Assembly: GCF_009914755.1 (NCBI RefSeq) | Contig: NC_060938.1 | DNA length: 64,000 nt | Strand: one strand, 5' to 3' | Origin: the human T2T-CHM13v2.0 reference genome, Homo sapiens | Part shown: piece by piece, positions 56,167-64,000 of the stretch | Layout: every line of letters begins with the position of its first letter | Position numbering within the stretch: position 1 is the first letter of the stretch | Position numbers and translations under genes: made by a program | Notes under the pieces: model-generated | The model's database searches: none | The model's input: the letters and a program-made list of their open reading frames with translations, nothing else | Told to the model about the DNA's origin: nothing

Positions 56167-57109
56167 TGAGATCTCCCTTACTAAGTCAAAGATTTTCCTG
56201 GTTAATTTTTCCCAAAGTGCACATCCATGGTCTTAGTGGGTTCTACCTTCTTTCAAACCAGCCACTCTAGTATTGACTTTGAAGCCTTCCTTGAATCAAT
56301 CAGTAGTTTAGCTTTTTAAGGTACCATTCATGAGTCTATTTCCCTCTGTCAGGAAGGCTATATATAATAGAAACACAGTTGTTTCTAAAAACTGTTTAAA
56401 ACGCGTACCTCAAATGCAAAACTAATAATTTTATTTTAAAAAACAATTTGCTGCTTATTATGCCATATAGTTTGTACATAAATATTGTTGTTTAGAACTC
56501 AGGTCTCAGCAGAGGCTGGTGTGTGTGTGTGAGAGAGAATATGCTAGCGCCAGGTATACGGAGTTTATAAATGTTCCATTAAGTTGCCTGTCCTCATTAA
56601 GAATCATGGCTTTAGATGCTTTTTGGCTATAATTCTGTTTTCTGCTACTTGTGGTTTGATTATATTGAATTTATTTTTTTATGGCTGACATTCAAATTGT
56701 CTGAACACATGGTGGGCTTTGAAAATAACAGTACCGAGTCCCATTAGTCTTACATCAGATGTGATCAAGCCAGAAAAATTTGTCTCTAATGGGTACATGT
56801 TTAAAAATGTAAGTGTAGTTTTGGTGACTTTTTATTTTTTACATCTCAGATAGTCCTAGGAACATTGATACCCCCCAGCTTGATACTTTAATGTTATTAA
56901 TATTAATCTGTGGTTATCTTTTTCTTAATAGTGAGGATGCCATTGGTGTTTTGGATGGGACAATTCTTTATGGTGCATTGCAGAATATTTAGCATCTCTG
57001 CATTATTCACACCCCCTTTTCATTGTATCAACCCAAAGGCCTCCAGGGGTGATCCCTAGGTGGATTGAGTACTCCCAGTTGAGAACCAGTGTATTCTATT
57101 ATTGTTAAT

Positions 57110-57330
57110 ATTAGTTGGCATTTATTAAGCACTCAACTATGGGCCAGGCACTGTACTATGGACTTAGCATATACTCTTATTTAATGTTCACAATTCCACT
57201 ATATGGTGGATACCACTATTTGTATTTACAGAAGGGAAGTTGAGGTTATAAGAGCTTAGATAATTTGCCTAAGATCACCCAGTGCCAAAACTGGGAATCA
57301 AGCCTGATTCCAAAGCTCATTCTTAACCAC
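57110..57330 (-). mobile_element. MIR SINE (GPATCH2L intron 2)
   Basis: gcatttattaagcactcaactatgggccaggcactgt...aatttgcctaagatcac. Confidence 0.75.
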
Positions 57331-59699
57331 CATGTTGTGCTGCCCTTTGAGTTGTTCTGTCTCAATTTAACTTTCCCAACTGTAGAACATATGACCTTTC
57401 TGAAGTTTAGCTTAAAAACAAAGACATTAATCTTAGGAACACTGAGGTGAGGCTGTGTCAGTAACAGGAAAAACTGTTTAGGTCTGTATACCTGTACCTT
57501 TCTTGAGTGGTTTTTAATCCAGCTTTTAAACTTTTTCTTATTAACTTTATATTTGCCAGTCTGCAGACTATATTGAGATAGGCTCATAATTTGACTTTCC
57601 TAATTTTCCTCTAATGCCTCATTCCTTCTAAGGTCTATTTGCAGAATTTATATGTATATATTTGGATTATAAAGGTATTTTTCCCTCATCAGACTATTTT
57701 TAATCAAACAAGAAATGCTTAGTCAACTTGTAGCCTTTCACACTATTGAAACCCTCTATTGAGACATTCAAGTTTGTTTTAATATTGAGCATATATACCA
57801 AATAGAAGTCTTCTTAGTATTGAGAATGGTGATTTTAAAAGTAGCCTTTTGGGATAGTAGCTTTGTGTATGTTTCTTCCCCTTAATTTCTTGTTAAACTA
57901 CGACATAATTGTATGTGAGAGAGCGACTGTTAACTCTGTCTGCTCTAACAGCCCAAGTATGGCTCCAGATGCAGAGCCTGTTTTCTAGCATGAGATGCTT
58001 CACTCTTTTCTGTTCCTTCTTACTCCAGACACATCTATTGCACATTCTAGTCAGGATGTAATAATGTAAATTCTCGTTATCTGAGAGTCTGGATAACTTA
58101 AGTGGATGGGAATTCTTATGAAATTCTTACTCTTTTCAAATTGAGGAGAACTCATTCACCCATTTGGGCTATTATCCTGGCCCCTCACTTCAGAGTTCTT
58201 TCAATATGTAGATGCTAAAGGGTTGTAGCTGTGAAGGAATAATGGGCGGAGTGGTGGCACACACGGCATTGAGGAAAGTTCTTTAAAATCTTCTAGTTAT
58301 TTAGGAGTTCTAAATTCCCCTTGACTTGTCTCGATTCATTTGTAGTTACAAACAGAAGTGCTTTGTATTTTTTCCCCCTGAATCCATTCTGTGGGGAAAG
58401 GGGGTGATTCTTACTCTTTGACTGAATGTTGTGTTCAGCCTCTCTTCAAGAGGAGAGTGGAACTAAAATCTCCCTTAATTGTTAGGCACACCTTTAAAAA
58501 GGACTGGCATTAGAGTGTAAGGAGATAATAGTATATGATTTGGATATTATACTGTCTTGATGAGTTGATTCTGTCAATAATTTTCTACTTTATTTTTTCC
58601 CTGCATTTTTAAAAGAAATACTTTCAAGAATCTTCTTGGTTACCCTTTCATAAATCTACTTGGATGTGCCACTGTTTATTCACATACAGATCAAAATGTA
58701 GAATTTTACTTTTTAGCAGTGGTATTGAGGGTTGTCAGAGTAATGATCCACATTGTAAGATTATTAAGATGAAGTTGATTGTTAAGCTTAGCTTAGCCTA
58801 GTCAATGGTAGCGTTTTTTTTTTTAAAGCATGTATTAGATGTTTTAGATTTGAAAATGTGTGTCTCAATCAGCTTATTTCTAATTTCCTTAAACTCACTC
58901 TTTGCGACCTAAACATGGAGTATAGACTTCATCAATATTTGTTTGCTTTTCTGTTTCTGGTCTTCCTTTAATATTACACCAGCCAATCCCTCACAAGTTT
59001 TGAGGAACTAAAAATGGTTATAGTATAGTAGTTTTTTTCTGCTTGCATAGAGATCAAACTATTATTTTAATATTTTTCTGTGTATGTGTGTTTGTGAGTA
59101 TTCTAAAGCAGAACAACTACTGTAAAATTATTTTCTACTGATCTTTATTTAAATTGTCTGTATAGCAACTATTAATAGCTATTAGCTATTAGGTGACTGT
59201 AGCCTAATTTTGCTCTATTCTTTACTAACACATCATTTGTTTGTTCCCCTTGAATATAGTTTAGCTTCTTTTTTTTTTCATAAGTGAATTGGTTGGGTGA
59301 TGGCCAGAGGTCACATTCAGGAGCCTTCCTAAGGTGATGTATGAGAGGCTGATCTCACAGGAAAGAAAATATTCTCCTCTCTTGGAAGGCAAGTGACAGA
59401 GATAGAGTGCTAAACCTACCCACTCCTTCTCCAGCCCAGGCTGACCTTCTGCGGCCCTTTGGTGCCTCTTGTTTTCTTATTTTTATAGAAAATCAGTATC
59501 CCTTCTGATACAAACAATAGCTCAGAAGCAAGAATAAGTGGGAGAAAGCTGAGATCTCTGTCCATCACCTCTCACTTTAACTCCCCCAAACTCTTTAATT
59601 ATGAGTGTGCTTTGCTCCAGGTGTTTGTGACAGTGAAATTGCTAAATGAGGACCATTTTAACCAAAGATTGGGTGATCAATAGCACTCTATAGCAGTAG

Positions 59700-60355
59700 C
59701 TTGTTGGATCAATAGCATTCATTATTTCATGGTTAAGGTAAGTAGCCTCCTTTGCAAGTGGAGGTCATTAATCAGGGTTTCCTGGAGCTGTGTAAAAGAA
59801 TATGTATGGTAGGTGGGGGTATTCTGTTTTCTATTCTGTAAGTAGGGATGCTGACCAAGAATATATTTACCATTGTTGCAGTTGGTAGTATTGCATGTGA
59901 GATTCTCGAATAGCTAGCATAGTGTGCTTATGTGGGTATATTCACAGTTCTGCTAGTATCCTTAGGGACAACTAAAACACACAGCTTGGGAGGTCGATAT
60001 GATACTATTGTACTTGAAGGTCTATCTCTTGAAAGAAACATCCATCTCGTAAAAGAGTCTACCTCTTAAAAGAAATATTGGGATTGTTCTGTGTGGCTCC
60101 ACAGGACAGAACTCAGGGATAGAGAGTACAGAGTGTTAAATGTTGCTGCGGTTAAAAAATAAGATTCTAAAAATTAGGACTCTGTAAAAATGAAGTGAAT
60201 TGTTTCACCATGTAATGCGTAATAACTTCTAGATCAGTTGGGGGGATTCAAACATGGGCTTGATGACCGCTTACTTAGTTGCTGTGGAGTTGAGAAGGTT
60301 GAACTGAAGGCTTCTGAGATCCCTTGTAACACTGAGATGCTGCGATTCTTTTCAG
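59700..60355 (+). mobile_element. CR1/L3-like ancient LINE 3' fragments
   Basis: gattgttctgtgtggctccacaggacagaact, ctgagatcccttgtaacactgagatgctgcgattct. Confidence 0.5.
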
Positions 60356-60989
60356 TCACAGTCTACTTCCCACCATTGTAATGTCTTAACTGGTAAGTAG
60401 CCTCAACTGCCCACTTGAATTCTTGTGGTTCCCACTGGCAGTCATCTTCAAAGATTCATTCTTTCTCTCAACTTTTAGAATGATATTCCCTTTTCTCTTA
60501 TTTCGCAGAATTTGTTCAAAGGCCTCTTGGTATTTGCCAGCAAGGGTGCATAGATTACCCTTGGTCCCCTTCTCTACTCCCGTGGACATAGGTAACTGCC
60601 ATTCTCAGATCTACAGCTGGCCAAGAGAATATGCAGAGCCCCTAGCCCAGTGCTCCCAGTGCTACTGGGAGGCTTTTATCTCATACAGCTATGCTGGACT
60701 GAGATAGGATCATCTAACCCTCACTGCTTGATTCTGACCCCATTCCAGGAGTGTGCCGTAAATGAAGGTGTAGAAAACACTGCAGTCTCCAGAATGTACT
60801 GTCTCCAGAATGCACTTCTCTGCCCATGTCAACTGGAATCTTTGTTCTTGAAGACTATACTTTCTAGGACTCAATACCCTATAACTGCTTCCTACCCTCA
60901 AACACAAATACACACAGAAAACACTAAGCTTCCCTATCCAAGTGTATTCTGGGAGTTAGAGCCACCAAATAGAAACTGAAAGATACTCA

Positions 60990-61297
60990 GGCCGGGCGTG
61001 GTGGCTCACGCCTGTAATCCCGGCACTTTGGGAGGCCGAGGCAGGTGGATCACAAGGTTAGGAGATCGAGACCATCCTGGCTAACATGGTGAAACCCCGA
61101 CTCTACTAAAAATACAAAAAAATTAGCTTTGGCGTGGTGGTGGACGCCTGTAGTCCCAGCTACTCAGGAGGCTGAGGCAGGAGAATGGTGTGAACCCGGG
61201 AGGCGGAGCTTGCAGTGAGCCGAGATCACACCACTGCACTTGAGTGCACTCGAGCCTGGGCGACAGAGCGAGACTCTGTCTCAAAAAAAAAGAAAAA
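60990..61297 (+). mobile_element. AluY-like (GPATCH2L intron 2)
   Basis: 19-bp TSD agaaactgaa[a/t]gatactca (60971-60989, 61298-61316). Confidence 0.95.
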
Positions 61298-62847
61298 AGA
61301 AACTGAATGATACTCAATGGGAAGAGAAGGATAGAACCACACCCTGCCTCAACCTGTAGCTGCCTGATTTTCTGACTGAAACTGGCCTTGCATTTCTGAA
61401 CTGCAAGGTGACTGTAGAGAAAGGATGCAGGGGCTTGCTATCTACCTTCAGGGCAGGCTCAGCACTTCTAACGTGGGCCTCCATTTCATTGTCAAGTGCG
61501 GTTCTATCAGCCTTGTAGTTTGAGGAAATCTTGGCAATAGGCCATCTGTATTCTCTATTGCTACAGAAAAAAATCGCCCTAAAACTTAGTAGCTCTAAAC
61601 AAAGAGACCAAGTCTGTGAGTATGTAAATATTCCCAGGGAAGAAACCAAAGTGCTGGAGAAGAAGATACAACTGAAGAGAAAAAAGTGTTCTTGAGTTGA
61701 AAAATTAAGTCTTAAGATTAAAAGCGAAAATTAATGAGAAGAGACTTCTACTGAGACGGAGATTTTAAAAAAATATTTTATTTTAGTTTTTCTTTTTTTC
61801 ACATATGCTCAAGACTAAGGAAAGAAAAATCTTAAAAGGGGTTGAAGACTGGGTGCAGTGGCTCAGACATTCTTAGATATGCAGGCCCCAGAATCCATGT
61901 TCTTTAAAAATTTACTGTGAGAAGACGTTCCATCTACCTGAAGATGAATCACTGTTAGCTCTAAGAAAAGGGAAGTCTTGAAAGGATGGGTGGACTTCTC
62001 TGAGGCACAGCCCCCAGCTCAATAGCAGAGTCCTGAGGAAAATTCTGTCTCTGCAAAGTATACCTGATTGTACTAGTCACAGTATCGAACCTGTCAGCCT
62101 GCGGAGGTTGCTGCCTTTCATGGCACTGTCTGAATGAAACTGAAAAAGAAATTCTTTTATTATATATTCTCATTACTTATAGGAATAATTTCAGAACTGA
62201 TGTGAGATATTTCTCTGAATAACCTCTCCCTCAGTCTTGTTTACTACTAGATTCAGAAGTCTGATTACAAAGGGTTACCAGTGTGCCACCTCTACCCTGG
62301 AAAAAAACTGGAAAACGATAGAACAAAAATACCTTTGGGCAGTAGATCTAAGAGTGACTTTTTTCCACGTTTTTCTAAATTCTGAAACAACTTTTATTTT
62401 TGTTAAGTGCATTATTATTTACTAAGAAAAGTTTTTTAGAATGACGATGTAAGCCATAAACTTTATTTTAAGATATCTATTAATTAGATGCAAAAAACAC
62501 CTCTTATTAAGCTACTTGGTTAATAAGCTCTTAAATGGGGAGAAACAAACCCAGATGGTAATTTATTAATACCAACTTTTGATTGTAGGTGATAAAGTAA
62601 TTCTGTACCTCCTTATTATAATTGGAACAGGTATAAGTTACTCTTTCAGTTCTCACTTTACAGTCTTCTGTGGTTAGGAGTATGAAAGAATTAGCAAGCT
62701 CTCAGATCAGAGGGTGTGCTGTGCTTTTTTCCCACCCCCTGCTCCCCCTGGCAATTTTGGGAATTCAGAGGGGTTTATTTTGTTGAAACTAGAAGCTACT
62801 GTTTAGGAAGAAGGGAATTAATTTCAACAAAGAGTTTATAAAGATTC

Positions 62848-63717
<870 letters not shown>

Positions 63718-64000
63718 GATGACTACTGGCTTTCTGAAACTTTTTTTTCCTAGCCTTGTATGATGCTAAAGTCAGGAATAGTATTCTCAGACTGATATTT
63801 CCCCTGAACTCATTAAGAGGATGTTTTTACTTTGATTTCAAAGGAAGAGCATTCAGGAACCATAAGGGCAAGTGAGGTATGGGTCCCTGAGAGTATATTT
63901 TGGTGTATTTTATGTCAGTATGCTGAAAATGAGTGTTACTTAAATTCAAGATACAGCATTAAGGAGGAGAGCTTCTTTCCAAAGTGAGTTTATAATTAGT

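Overview
Primate (most likely human) genomic DNA, Alu/L1/L2/MIR/LTR-rich, with no prokaryotic features. The only supportable protein-coding gene is the 5' end of GPATCH2L on the + strand (recognised from its N-terminus [14 protein letters not shown]; human 14q24.3 from recall). It has a CpG-island ETS/Sp1 promoter at ~52.8-53.8 kb, a short non-coding exon 1 (donor 53080/53081), coding exon 2 (55494-56165, ATG 55504), and then intron 2 to the window end. The upstream ~52 kb is intergenic: layered transposons, several with intact TSDs, interleaved with about 7-8 repeat-free islands rich in homeodomain/SOX/PBX-MEIS motifs plus an orphan CpG island at ~39.7-40.3 kb. Most notable: (i) a spliced uORF overlapping the GPATCH2L start codon, with a candidate 45-nt exon that would terminate it; (ii) a putative enhancer array that may serve a neighbouring developmental gene; (iii) two short local duplications, each ~1.3 kb from its partner copy; (iv) a ~20-nt orphan retroposed insert with TSDs. 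I found no convincing novel protein-coding system. Repeat subfamily calls are by-eye recognition and most repeat boundaries are approximate.
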